Counted from the first letter of the stretch, positions 1 through 10,188 are shown. The stretch: DNA of 64,000 nt from an uncultured Gemmatimonadales bacterium (GCA_963844035.1 CAWJMT010000003.1:288001-352000); one strand, 5' to 3'. Made by a program: numbers and translations. The notes: a model not told the origin generated them from the letters alone.

Positions 1-633
1 TCGTTTGTGTGCATCGACATCTCGACCAACCAGGGACGCGATACCGTCGGGTCGCTGGTGTGGTTCGAGGCGGGGCGTCCCAAAAAGTCCGAATACCGGC
101 GCTTCAAGATCAAGGCGGTGGCACAGCAGGACGACTACGCCGCTATTCACGAAGTCGTCACCCGGTACTTCACCCGGCGGAAGAACGAGGACAAGCAGCT
201 GCCGGATCTGGTGGTGATCGACGGCGGCAAGGGGCAGCTCGGCGCCGCGCTCGAGGCGGCGCGTGGGGTGGGCCTCGAGGATCTCCCGATCGTAAGCCTC
301 GCCAAGCGGGAGGAGGAGATCTTCCTCCCGGGACGGGCGGAGGGGCTCAAGCTGTCGCGGCGGAGCCCGTCGCTCAAGCTGGTGCAGCGGGCGCGTGACG
401 AGGCGCATCGCTTCGCCATCACCTTCAGCCGTAAGCGCCGCAGTCAGCGCACCATCACCTCGGAGCTGTTGACGATCCCAGGGGTCGGGCCGAATCGTCG
501 CCGTGCGCTGCTCGAGCGCTTCGGGTCGCTGGCGGGTGTGAAGACCGCTACGCCGGCGGAGATCGCCGCCGTGCCGGGGTTCTCCGCCACGCTGGCGGAG
601 CGGATTCTGGACCGGTTGCGCGCCCGCGCATGA
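1..633 (+). CDS. uvrC: Excinuclease ABC subunit C, C-terminal part (5' truncated by window edge)
   Basis: DISTNQG...YRRFKIK...DDYAA, PDLVVIDGGKGQL, RDEAHRFA and C-terminal HhH (IPGVGP..RRALLERFGS). Confidence 0.97.
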   Translation, partial: SFVCIDISTNQGRDTVGSLVWFEAGRPKKSEYRRFKIKAVAQQDDYAAIHEVVTRYFTRRKNEDKQLPDLVVIDGGKGQLGAALEAARGVGLEDLPIVSLAKREEEIFLPGRAEGLKLSRRSPSLKLVQRARDEAHRFAITFSRKRRSQRTITSELLTIPGVGPNRRRALLERFGSLAGVKTATPAEIAAVPGFSATLAERILDRLRARA

Positions 634-1330
634 AGTCGGTCGTGGTATTGCAGCATGCCGGGAGCGAGAACCTCGGCACCATCGAGGATGCCCTCAGCGC
701 CGCCGGCGTCCGGTGCCGGTACGTGCGCTCATTCGAAGGGCAGCCGGTGCCGCGTGAGGTGGACGATGCGTCCGGACTCATCGTCATGGGCGGGCCGATG
801 GGCGTGTACGAGACCGCCCGCTTTCCATTCCTGCTCCAGGAGCTGGAGCTGATACGGAGCTACCTCGAGGCGGAGCGGCCGATCCTCGGCGTCTGCCTCG
901 GGAGCCAGCTGCTTGCAGCAGCGCTCGGCGCAACGGTGCGCCAGAGGGCGGCAGAAGGAAATCGGCTGGTATCCGGTCACTGGAAGCCCGGAGAGCCGAC
1001 GAGACGCCCTGTGGAGTGATCAGCCCTCCCGGTTCGTCGCCTACCATTGGCACGGCGACGTCTTCGATCTGCCGGAAGGAGCCGTTCTCCTGGCCTCGTC
1101 CGACATCACTCCCGTCCAGAGCTTTCGGTTCGGGAGTCGAGCCTACGGCCTGCTGTTTCATTTGGAGGTCACGCAAGCGTCACATTCAGGGCATGCTCGA
1201 TGAGTTTGCCGCCGAGATTCAGGAGGAGGGCCTGAGCGCGGCGGGCATACTCCGGGAGGGCGAGTCGTTCCTGTCTCCCTTGCAGCAGATCGGAGCGACC
1301 GTGTTCCGTCGCTGGATCGACCTCGCGTAG
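630..1330 (+). CDS. Class I glutamine amidotransferase (GMP-synthase-like), split by two apparent frameshifts
   Basis: GLIVMGGPMGVY, ILGVCLGSQL (nucleophile Cys), KEIGW, HWHGDVFDLP and FHLE are spread over ORFs 630-1019, 913-1203 and 1016-1330. Confidence 0.88.
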
Positions 1331-1333
1331 ACG

Positions 1334-2482
1334 ATGTTTCACTGGTCGCTCGAGTGCTCGGCGTGCCGGCAGGTCCGCCAGCCTGACGGTCTGCCGGGCG
1401 TGTGCGACGCCTGTGGCCAGCCCTACCTCGTACGGTACCCCACCACCCCGACACCCGAGGCGGTGCCGCCGCTGCGCGAGCGACCTTGGACGATGTGGCG
1501 CTACCGCGAGTGGCTACCGCTTGGTCCGCACGAAACGCCGGTCACCCTCGGGGAGGGCGCCACCCCGTTGCTGCGGGTGACGCGTATCGGTGAGCGGCAT
1601 GGGTTCGGCGACCTGTGGGTGAAGGACGAGGGGAAGAATCCCACCGGATCCTTCAAGGCGCGAGGAATGGCGGCGGCCGTGACGCGGGCAGTGCTCGCCG
1701 GGTGCACGCGGTTTGTCGTGCCGACGGCCGGCAACGCCGGGGTCGCGCTCGCCGCATATGCCGGGCGCGCCGGAGTTGCCGCCCGCGTGTACGCACCGGC
1801 GAGTACGCCGTCCATGATTCTCTCCCAGATCCGCGAGTTTGGAGCGGAGCTGGCGGTGATCGAGGGTCACATCGGCGACTGTGGCCGCGCGGCGCGAGCA
1901 TACGCCGCCGAGTCGGGGGCCGCGGACGTCTCCACCCTGCGCGAGCCGTATCGGATCGAGGGGAAGAAGACCATGGGCCTGGAGCTCGCGGAGCAGCTCG
2001 GATGGAGCCTTCCCGACGTGATCGTGTATCCCACCGGTGGCGGTACCGGATTGATCGGCATGTGGAAGGCATTCGGAGAGCTGATCGCCGGCGGCTGGGT
2101 GGACGAGCCACGGCCGCGCATGTACGCCGTACAGGCGGACACGTGCGCGCCGGTGGTGCGGGCATTCGCACAGGGCGCGGGGCAGTGCATACCCTGGGCT
2201 GATCCGCGCACGGTGGCGGCGGGCCTGCGGGTCCCGGCCCCGCTCGGGGATCGCCTGATTCTTTCGGTGCTGCGTGACAGCCACGGCGGGGCGGTGGCCG
2301 TCTCGGATCAGGATCTTGTCGCCTGCGCCCGTGAGTTACAGGTCGCCGAGGGTATCGATGCGGCGCCTGAAGGCGGTGCCACGCTGGCCGGGGCGATCGC
2401 GCTGAAACAGCGCGGTGAGATCGGAGGTTCGGAGCGCGTGGTCCTGCTCAATACCGGCGCCGGGTGGCTGTACCGCAGCTAA
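1334..2482 (+). CDS. thrC: Threonine synthase (PLP fold II) with N-terminal CxxC..CxxC knuckle
   Basis: TLGEGATPL, KDEGKNPTGSFKARG (PLP lysine), TAGNAG, EGKKTMGLE, YPTGGGTG. Confidence 0.85.
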   Translation: MFHWSLECSACRQVRQPDGLPGVCDACGQPYLVRYPTTPTPEAVPPLRERPWTMWRYREWLPLGPHETPVTLGEGATPLLRVTRIGERHGFGDLWVKDEGKNPTGSFKARGMAAAVTRAVLAGCTRFVVPTAGNAGVALAAYAGRAGVAARVYAPASTPSMILSQIREFGAELAVIEGHIGDCGRAARAYAAESGAADVSTLREPYRIEGKKTMGLELAEQLGWSLPDVIVYPTGGGTGLIGMWKAFGELIAGGWVDEPRPRMYAVQADTCAPVVRAFAQGAGQCIPWADPRTVAAGLRVPAPLGDRLILSVLRDSHGGAVAVSDQDLVACARELQVAEGIDAAPEGGATLAGAIALKQRGEIGGSERVVLLNTGAGWLYRS

Positions 2483-2491
2483 GCTTCTAAT

Positions 2492-3685
2492 ATGAGTCAC
2501 TTGCCTATGCGGATTGCGATCCTCGATCCCGCGGCCGGAATCAGCGGCGACATGACCCTGGGGGCGCTGTTGTCCCTGGGGGCTCCCGCGACCTGGTTGG
2601 AACAGCTCCCGGGCCGGCTCGGCCTGTCCGGCGTCGGTGTGACGATCCGCAGCGTGAGTCGGGCGAGCGTGGCGTGCCGGCAGGTGGAATTCACGATTCC
2701 TGAGCAGCCGCATGGGCGCCATGTGGGTGCGCTCATAAAGCTCGTTGAGCGCGCCCCGCTTTCGGATTGGGTGAAGGAGCGGGCGGTGCGCGCCTTCCAG
2801 CTGCTCGGCGAGGCGGAAGGGCGGGTGCACGGCGTGGCGCCGGAGAAGGTCCATCTCCATGAGGTCGGGGCGGTGGACGCGGTGCTCGACATCGTGGGGG
2901 CGATTGAAGGATTCGAGCAGCTCGGCGTGGGCGCGGTCTACAACTGGCCCGCGGCGCTCGGCACCGGTTGGGTGGAGGCGGCGCACGGCCGCTTGCCCGT
3001 CCCGGCACCGGCAACCGCGATCCTGCTCGAGGGGATCGAGACGGTGAGCGGCGGGCCGGTGGAGGGCGAGGCGACGACGCCGACCGGGGCGACCCTGCTA
3101 CGCGTATTGTCCTCCGGAAGGCCCCCAACACAGTGGCGGATGGTAGGCAGCGGCTGGGGGGCGGGGCAGCGCGATCCCAAGCACTATCCCAATGCACTGC
3201 GCATTCTGGTCGCGGAGCAGGCGGCCGAAGCGGCACGCGTGGCGCTGCTCGCCACTGATGTCGACGACATGAGCCCCGAATACGTCGAGCCGCTGCGGCA
3301 GGCGCTCATCGCCGCGGGCGCGCTCGACGTCCAGACCTGGCCGGTGCAGATGAAAAAGGGACGGTCGGGTTTCCGTGTCGAGGTAGTCGCGCCTGAGGAG
3401 TCGGCGGACCAGGTCACGGCCGCGCTGTTCCGCCACAGCACCACGGCGGGGGTGCGCCGCTGGGTGGCCGAGCGCGCCACGCTGCCGCGGCATCAGGTCA
3501 CCGTTCAGCTGTCCGCCGACGTGTCGGTCCGAGTCAAAGTCCTGGAGCAACCCGACGGCATCCGGGTCAAACCCGAATACGACGACGTTCTCGCGGCGGC
3601 GCTGGCACTCGGTCGGCCACCGATCGAAGTGGCGCGCGAAGCGCAGCGGGATGCGGAGCTGCTCGTCGCCAAGACCAAGGAGTGA
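2492..3685 (+). CDS. larC: Nickel-pincer cofactor biosynthesis protein LarC (start 2492 or 2507)
   Basis: GISGDMTLGAL, HGRH, VHLHEVGAVDAVLDIVG, AHGRLPVPAPAT, TPTGA, MKKGRSG, KPEYDD. Confidence 0.95.
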   Translation: MSHLPMRIAILDPAAGISGDMTLGALLSLGAPATWLEQLPGRLGLSGVGVTIRSVSRASVACRQVEFTIPEQPHGRHVGALIKLVERAPLSDWVKERAVRAFQLLGEAEGRVHGVAPEKVHLHEVGAVDAVLDIVGAIEGFEQLGVGAVYNWPAALGTGWVEAAHGRLPVPAPATAILLEGIETVSGGPVEGEATTPTGATLLRVLSSGRPPTQWRMVGSGWGAGQRDPKHYPNALRILVAEQAAEAARVALLATDVDDMSPEYVEPLRQALIAAGALDVQTWPVQMKKGRSGFRVEVVAPEESADQVTAALFRHSTTAGVRRWVAERATLPRHQVTVQLSADVSVRVKVLEQPDGIRVKPEYDDVLAAALALGRPPIEVAREAQRDAELLVAKTKE

Positions 3686-5207
3686 GCATGAGCCGACGCG
3701 TGTGGCTGGGCTGGGTGCTGGCGATCGGGGTGGCCGGTGGCTCTGTGGCCTCGGCCGCAGCGGCGCAGTCAACAAATTTTGTTCCCCCCAAGTGTGACCT
3801 GAAGGCCGGGCACTATCTCGTCACCAGCGGCATTCTCTATCTCGGCAAGGCGGCCGACACCAAGTTTCCTGATCAGCGGGAAAAGGATCTGCGAGACGCC
3901 AATCGCGTCCTAGGGCAGGCGCTGGGGACAGCGGGACAAGAGAAGAATCCGGCGGCCTGGTACTATCTCGGGCGCTACCACGTCGAGATGCAGGATGTCG
4001 CCGGCGTCGATACGGCGTTTACCAAGGCTGCCGCACTCGCCCCGAAGTGCGCCCAGGACATCAATCTGTGGCGCCGCAAGTTGTGGGTGCCGATCGTCAA
4101 CGCCGGCATTGCCGCCTGGCAGGCCGGCAACACCGATTCGGCAGCCGCGAGCTTTCGACGTGCCAACCAGGCGTACGCAGGTGAGCCGGACGCGCTTGCG
4201 TACCTCGCCACCCTGCTCGGCGGCGCCGACCAGCCCGACTCTGCGGTGAAGTACTTCAAGCTGGCCGTGGCGGCGGCGCAGGACCCCAAGTTTGCGAAGC
4301 AGAAGAAAGACGCGCTGTTCAACGTGGCGCGGGTGTATCACGCCGCCAAGCGTTGGGACGACGCCGCGCCGGCGTACAAGGAATATCTCGCTGCGTACCC
4401 CAACGACCCGCAGGCGACCGCCGGCCTCGCGTCGGTCTATTTCGCGCAAGGGAAACGCGACGAGGCCATGGCGATGTATGCCCAGCTGCTGCAGCACGCC
4501 GATGCGGCGGAGGCATCGGACCTGTTCCGCGCCGGACAGCAGATCTTGAGCGCACTCACCCCGCCCGACACGGCGGTGCAAGGGAACCAGTGCCGCGCGG
4601 ACGCGCGGAGCTCGAACAAGTCCCTCACGGTGCGCCAAATCGCCGTGCGCTGCGACTCGACCACCCGGCAGGCGATGCGCACGTTCGAAACCGGGGTCCG
4701 CGGGGGATACCGCATGGTCGAGCAAGTGTACGAGGCAGGGCTCACGAAGGCCCCCTACGATCGCGAGGCCCTGTTCACATTGTCCGGGGTGGCGGTCCTG
4801 GCCGGCGACACGGCGAAGGCGCTGACGGCGGCGCAGCGCCTGTACGCCGTCGATCCGCTCAACCGCGGGACGTTGCGGATGGTGGCACAAGCGTGGCAGC
4901 TCGGGGGCAAGGCCGACTCGACGCTGCGCTACCTCCAGCTCGCTGATTCGCTCTCCATCGAAGTCACCGCCGGGACGTTCACTCCCGACTCGCTCGGCGC
5001 CGCGCTGAGCGGCGTCCTGACCAACGTGCGCGCCAAGGCCAACAGCGCATTGGTCATCAAGTTCGAGTTTCTCGGGACGAAGGGCGATGTGGTGGCCACC
5101 GAACCCCTCAACGTCACGCCGATTGCACCCGGGGAGAATCTCAGCCGTTCGCGTTGACGGTGAAGGGAGCGGGGATCGTCGCGTGGAGGTATCAGGCGGT
5201 AGGGTAG
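3682..5207 (+). CDS. Secreted TPR-repeat protein; last ~20 aa in another frame (…PFALTVKGAGIVAWRYQAVG*)
   Basis: Signal peptide (AAAAQ cleavage site), TPR-like helices (AWYYLGRY, ALFNVARVY, LASVYFAQGK), beta-rich C-terminus; ORF 3682-5157 plus a continuation to TAG 5207. Confidence 0.75.
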
Positions 5208-5337
5208 TGCTCCTCTTGCGCGACGCGTGCGCCGAGCGGCATCCTCTCCGTCAACCCGTTCAGTCGTGGGAAGCGCTGCTAGCGTGCCGAGGGCCTCCGC
5301 AGCCTCCCCCAATTCCAAGTGAGGGGACATAGTATGA

Positions 5338-5990
5338 GTGCGCGCCCTGGTTCTCATGCTGCGGCAGTCCTCACCCCACATCCTCCTGCTCGTTACGATG
5401 TCCTCGTGTGGCTTCATCATTACGCAGGCGCCTCCGCAGAACCACGAGCAATTGACCTACTTCAGCTGCACCGAAAGCAACGTCGGTCCAAGCCTCGACG
5501 TTGTTTGGGCAGGGCTCAATGCGCTCGGTGCGCTGGGTGTTGCCAGCGACCCGGATTCATACGAGAATCCGGATCAAGTCATAACGGTTGGTGTTATCTG
5601 GGCGGTCGTTTCCGGCGCGTCCGCCGTCGTAGGCTTTGGTAAGACCAGCCGTTGTCGTGCCGCAAAGAGTACAGCTGGCCGAGAGGCAAGCGCACGGCCC
5701 TACGGGGATTCACAGCGAGGGCTCCGACTCATCCGTTGTGGCAGTCACCATCGCTCCCGCCGTGGACACGGTTTATGTGGGGGCGAGCGTGCAGCTCGTC
5801 GCTGCAGCACGCGGATCGAGTGGCCTCTCCATACCGAACAGGGCCTATTTCATGGTCGTCGAACGATGCAGTCGCCTCAGTCAACGTCGCCGGACGGGTA
5901 ACCGCAAACGCGGTCGGCTCCGTTGTTGTGGCTGCTCGTACCGGTTCCGTTGTGGGTACGGCAACGATCGTTGTGTTGCCAGCGCCCTAG
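5338..5990 (+). CDS. Exported/membrane protein with C-terminal bacterial Ig-like (Big_2) domain; two apparent frameshifts
   Basis: Joined frames give lipobox-like MSSC, TM segments, then VTIAPAVDTVYVGASVQLVA..ISWSSNDAVASVNVAGRVTANAVGSVVVAARTGSVVGTATIVV. Confidence 0.7.
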
Positions 5991-6100
5991 GGACCCTTCG
6001 CCACCGAGACCAGAACGGCACGGCGTCCTCGACGGCGGCGGATCGCGCGCAACATGGCCTGATCGAGATCGAAGCCGGTCTGACCGGGGGTAGGAGCGCC

Positions 6101-6927
6101 GTGCTGGAAGGCTCCCCCCGAATGTCCGCGACCGCCTCATGATGCAGGGCTTCGCGTGCGACACCGATCCGGCGGTCGCGCAGGCGGCTCCCTGGCTACG
6201 CCTCACCCCGGCCGTGAGTACCGTGTGGATCGTCACGGCGCTGGTGCTACGCTCGCCGACCGCGCTGTGGATCTTCGCGGGGCTCGCCGCATTGGGTGCC
6301 GGCGGATTGCATCTGTTCGACCAGGCGGTCAACGTCGTCCAGCGCGCCCGTGGCGCGCCCACGCTGCCCGCGAATCCTGCGCCACGGCGGTTCGCCATGG
6401 CACTGGCCGCAGGAATGAGCGCCGTGTCGGGGCTCCTCATCGCGCGAGGGTACACGGCCCTCGGCGTTCTGCTGGGGAGCACCTTGGCGCTTGCTGCGCT
6501 GATCGTCGCGTCAACCCACTTCTGCCTCGGGTCGTGGATGTGGGCGCAGCTGCAGCACGGTGTCGGCGCACTCAAACTCTTTCTCATTGCGACCCTCGTG
6601 GTGTTATCAGCCATTGCGTGTTCAGAGTCGGTGGTTTGCACAGCGGACTTCAGGTACGGCATCAGCGTTAGCGTGGAGGATTCCGTGTCCGGCGCTAGCG
6701 TAGCATCGGGGGCCCGCCTCGTGGTCCGTGATGGGGCGTATTTCGAGTCGACATCCCAAGTCTGGGTCGGGGACGTTCTGTTGGCCGCCGGCGAGCGACC
6801 AGGCCTCTACATCGTCGTGGTCTCCAAGTCCGGTTATCGGGATTGGACCCGAACGAATGTCCGGGTGGAAGACGATGGCTGCCACCCGGTCGGGGTCCAC
6901 CTCACCGCGCGGTTGCAACCAGAGTGA
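6101..6927 (+). CDS. DUF4395-like membrane protein read in frame into a lipoprotein-like beta-sandwich (carboxypeptidase-regulatory-like) domain
   Basis: QGF..WLRLTPA..PAPRRFA..FCLGSW then signal/lipobox-like SAIAC..CTADFRYGISVSVED..GERPGLYIVVVSKSGYRDW; AGGAG + GTG at 6101 suggests the real start, with a slip in a C-run before ORF 6139. Confidence 0.6.
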
Positions 6928-7298
6928 ACCGGTCCTGGCCTCTCACATTGATCGGCCTGGCGATTCTCGGACCGTCGCCAGGATACGGCCAGCGGATTGC
7001 GACCCCCTCGGCCGTGCCTCCAGCGCGATCAGAGGTGCCGCCGCTGACTTGGAGTTGGCCCGCCGACTCGGGCCAGGGGCAGGGGACGCACTGGCTCGAG
7101 GGTGCGGTGATTGGGGGCGCCCTGGTCGGTTTTCTCGGAGCTGTAACGGGCGTGGGGCTCTGCCACTTTGACGACCCATGTTCCGATCCGGCGCCGTTCG
7201 CTATCGGGGGGTTTGTTCTGGCGGGCTTGGCCGGCGTGGGCCTTGGAGGCCACATCGGGGCGGGTTTCCCGAAACACCGGTACCGCATCGGGCCATAG
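6924..7298 (+). CDS. Small exported membrane protein with glycine-zipper helices
   Basis: GTG overlaps the upstream TGA; signal-like N-terminus; GAVIGGALVGFLG..C..C..GLAGVGLGGHIGAGFPK. Confidence 0.65.
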   Translation: MNRSWPLTLIGLAILGPSPGYGQRIATPSAVPPARSEVPPLTWSWPADSGQGQGTHWLEGAVIGGALVGFLGAVTGVGLCHFDDPCSDPAPFAIGGFVLAGLAGVGLGGHIGAGFPKHRYRIGP

Positions 7299-7300
7299 AC

Positions 7301-7309
7301 TGCTAAGTT
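7301..7309 (+). promoter_or_regulatory. Putative extended -10 promoter (TGcTAAGTT) for tRNA-Gly
   Basis: TGn+TANNNT ending 13 nt before the tRNA 5' end. Confidence 0.45.
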
Positions 7310-7322
7310 GAGAGGGTCCTAC

Positions 7323-7394
<72 letters not shown>

Positions 7395-7412
7395 CTGCCA
7401 CGAACCGCCTCC

Positions 7413-7430
7413 GCGCTGGCATTCCAGCGC
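7413..7430 (+). other. Stem-loop after tRNA-Gly (GCGCTGG-CATT-CCAGCGC), no U-tract
   Basis: Perfect 7-bp inverted repeat. Confidence 0.45.
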
Positions 7431-7525
7431 TCTGCAGGTCATATTTCGCCACTCGGAAGTATCAGCCGGCGTTGAGGTTGCGGCGCCTGGTTTCACAAAC
7501 TCCTTGAACTCCTAGGCGGCCGGTT

Positions 7526-8848
7526 GTGATTCGCGTGCAGGCGGTGGCGCCGGACTCTCTCGGCGCCGCAGTAGGGCTGTCCAAGGGAACGGAGCTGCTC
7601 GCGGTGAACGGCCGCGCGCTCGAGGATTTTCTCGACTGGGAATTCCTCACCGCCGACGACCACTTCATGTTGTACGTGAAGTCCCCCTCAGGCGACGAGA
7701 TCGAGTACGACATCGAGCGTCCCGAGGGGATGCCGATGGGGGTGACGCTCGAGCCCCCGCGTATCCGCCGCTGCGCCAATCACTGCGACTTCTGTTTTGT
7801 GGACGGGAATCCGCAGGCCATGCGGGCGCCGCTCTACATCCGCGATGACGACTACCGCCTGTCGTTCCGCTACGGCAATTTCGCGACGCTCACGAACCTG
7901 AAGCCCTGGGACGAGGAGCGGATCGTCGAGTACCGCCTCTCGCCGCTGTACGTGTCGGTGCACGCCACCGACCCGACGGTGCGCCGCTGGCTGCTGCGCA
8001 ACCCCGATGCGCCCGAGATCGTCCCCCAGCTGCGCGCCTTCGGGGAGCGGGGGATCACGTTTCACACCCAGGTGGTGCTCGTGCCCGGGGTGAACGACGG
8101 GGCGGAGCTGGTGCGGTCGCTGGGCGACCTGTACGGCCTGGGAGACATGGTCCTGTCGGTCTCGGTCGTGCCGGTGGCGCTCACGGAGTTCAGCAAGCAC
8201 CAGCTGGTCCGCCAGCCCACGGTGGACGATTGCCGCGCGGCCCTGGCCACGGTGGGGGACTTTGCCGCCCGAGCGCTTGAGAAGCGCGGGTTCCCGTGGT
8301 GCTTCGGCGCGGACGACTTGTACCTCCAGGCCGGTGAACCGCTGCCCCCCGCGGCCTGGTACGGCGACTTCGAGCAGCGCGAGAATGGCGTCGGCGCCGT
8401 GCGCTACCTGCAGACGCGCATCGCCGCCACGGCGGGCGGGTTCCGTGCCGGCCTGGCGGGCAAGCGGATCGGCGTCGTCACCGGCACCGCGATGGCCCCC
8501 CTCATGCCGCAGGTGCTGGAGCCGCTCGCCGTCGCCACCGGGGCCCGGTTCGAAGTTGTCGCGCTCGAGAACTCCCTGTTCGGCTCGTCGGTGACGACGG
8601 CGGGGCTGCTCCCCGGCGGCGCGTTCCGGAGCGCCCTCGAGCACCGTGCCGATCTCGATCTCGCGCTGCTCCCCGCGGAAGCGGTGAACGACGATTTGCT
8701 GTTCATGGACGATCTCCACCTTGAGAAGCTCGCTGCGCAGGTGCCGATGCCGGTGAGTCTGTCGTACGACTTCGTCGACGCGCTCGCGCTCGATGAGGCT
8801 CGCCGGTCCCACTCGCATCGCACTCCGAACGGGCGAGGTGAGGCATGA
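7526..8848 (+). CDS. PDZ + radical-SAM-like DUF512 protein
   Basis: N-terminal PDZ-like (VAPDSLGAAVGL..LLAVNG), CANHCDFC motif, RDDDYRLSF, SPLYVSVH, QVVLVPGVNDG, QRENGVG. Confidence 0.9.
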   Translation: MIRVQAVAPDSLGAAVGLSKGTELLAVNGRALEDFLDWEFLTADDHFMLYVKSPSGDEIEYDIERPEGMPMGVTLEPPRIRRCANHCDFCFVDGNPQAMRAPLYIRDDDYRLSFRYGNFATLTNLKPWDEERIVEYRLSPLYVSVHATDPTVRRWLLRNPDAPEIVPQLRAFGERGITFHTQVVLVPGVNDGAELVRSLGDLYGLGDMVLSVSVVPVALTEFSKHQLVRQPTVDDCRAALATVGDFAARALEKRGFPWCFGADDLYLQAGEPLPPAAWYGDFEQRENGVGAVRYLQTRIAATAGGFRAGLAGKRIGVVTGTAMAPLMPQVLEPLAVATGARFEVVALENSLFGSSVTTAGLLPGGAFRSALEHRADLDLALLPAEAVNDDLLFMDDLHLEKLAAQVPMPVSLSYDFVDALALDEARRSHSHRTPNGRGEA

Positions 8849-10188
8849 CCACGCGCGGCGCCCCAACCGTTGCGATCATCGGCCGGCCCAACGTGGGCAA
8901 GTCCACCCTCTTCAACCGGCTGATCGGTGGCCGCGTGGCGATTGTGGATGCTGAGCCCGGCGTGACGCGGGATCGCAATTTCGGCGCGGCCGAGTGGAAC
9001 GGACGCCGGTTTTGGCTCGTCGATACTGGTGGATTGGTGCCCGGGGCCGAAGACGCCATGAACCGCGCCGTGCGCGCCCAGGTCGAACAGGCGATCGCCG
9101 AGAGCGACGTGCTGCTGTTCCTGGTGGACGTGGATGCCGGCGTTCACCCCGCCGATCTCGAGATCTCGGAAACGGTGCGCAAGGCGAGGCGGCCGTTCGT
9201 GCTCGTCGCCAACAAGGCGGACCATCTGCCCGTGGACACGCGGCACCTCGCGTTCTACGAGCTGGGCCTGGGCGACCCGTTCCCCGTCTCCGCGGCGATC
9301 GGGAAGAGCAGCGGGGATCTGCTGGACGAGATCGTCCAGCGCCTCCCCCCGACGGGAGAGGCGGCGGACGAGCCGGCGATCCATGTCGCGGTGGTGGGCC
9401 GTCCCAACGTCGGGAAGTCGAGCCTGGTGAACCGCTTGCTCGGCGAGGACCGGTTGGTGGTCGCCGCCGAGCCGGGCACCACGCGCGATTCGATCGACAC
9501 GCCGGCCTTGTACGAGGGGCACGCGTTCGTCTTCATCGACACGGCGGGCCTGCGCAAGCGCAGCAAGGTCGCCGAGGACATTGAGTTCTACTCGACGTTG
9601 CGTACGGCGCGCGCCATTGAGCGCGCTGACGTGTGCGTTCTGGTCGTGGATGCGCTGGACGGGATGCACGTGCAGGACCTGCGGATCGCCAACGAAGCGT
9701 GGGAGGCTGGGGCGGGGCTGATCATCGCCGTGAACAAGTGGGATCTGATCGAGGAGAAGGAGACCAACACCGCGGTGCAGGGCGAGAAGGAGCTCCGGGA
9801 GCGCGCGCCGTTCCTCGCGTTCATCCCGTTTCTCTACATCTCCGCGAAGACCGGGCAGCGGGTGACGAAGCTGTTTGATCTGATTCTTCGGGTTGCCGAG
9901 GAACGGCGCAAGCGTGTGCCCACGGCGGAAGTGAACCGTGTGCTGGAGGACTTGATGCAGCGCCAGCAGCCGCCGCAACCCGTCGGGGAATCAGTCCGGC
10001 TGCTCTACGCGACACAGATCAACACAGCGCCGCCGCGCTTCGCGATCATCTCGAACCGGCCGGAAGAGATTCCGGAGTCGTACACGCGCTATCTGTTGAA
10101 CGGATTCCGCGAGGCATGGGCGTTCACCGGGGCCCCGGTGACCATCAAGTACCGCCGGCGGCGCGGTCGCCAGGCAGCGGACCGGTGA
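8845..10188 (+). CDS. der: Ribosome biogenesis GTPase Der (EngA)
   Basis: Two GRPNVGKS P-loops, GVTRD/GTTRD, DTGG/DTAG, NKAD/NKWD, KH-like C-terminus. Confidence 0.98.
   Translation: MTTRGAPTVAIIGRPNVGKSTLFNRLIGGRVAIVDAEPGVTRDRNFGAAEWNGRRFWLVDTGGLVPGAEDAMNRAVRAQVEQAIAESDVLLFLVDVDAGVHPADLEISETVRKARRPFVLVANKADHLPVDTRHLAFYELGLGDPFPVSAAIGKSSGDLLDEIVQRLPPTGEAADEPAIHVAVVGRPNVGKSSLVNRLLGEDRLVVAAEPGTTRDSIDTPALYEGHAFVFIDTAGLRKRSKVAEDIEFYSTLRTARAIERADVCVLVVDALDGMHVQDLRIANEAWEAGAGLIIAVNKWDLIEEKETNTAVQGEKELRERAPFLAFIPFLYISAKTGQRVTKLFDLILRVAEERRKRVPTAEVNRVLEDLMQRQQPPQPVGESVRLLYATQINTAPPRFAIISNRPEEIPESYTRYLLNGFREAWAFTGAPVTIKYRRRRGRQAADR

Noticed and set aside
8404..9978. Many long antisense or alternate-frame ORFs (e.g. 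8404-9978, 19992-21899, 30783-32333, 44089-45630, 53169-54815)
   Set aside because: Shadow ORFs of high-GC coding genes, Arg/Pro/Ala-rich or codon mirrors, with no recognisable motifs
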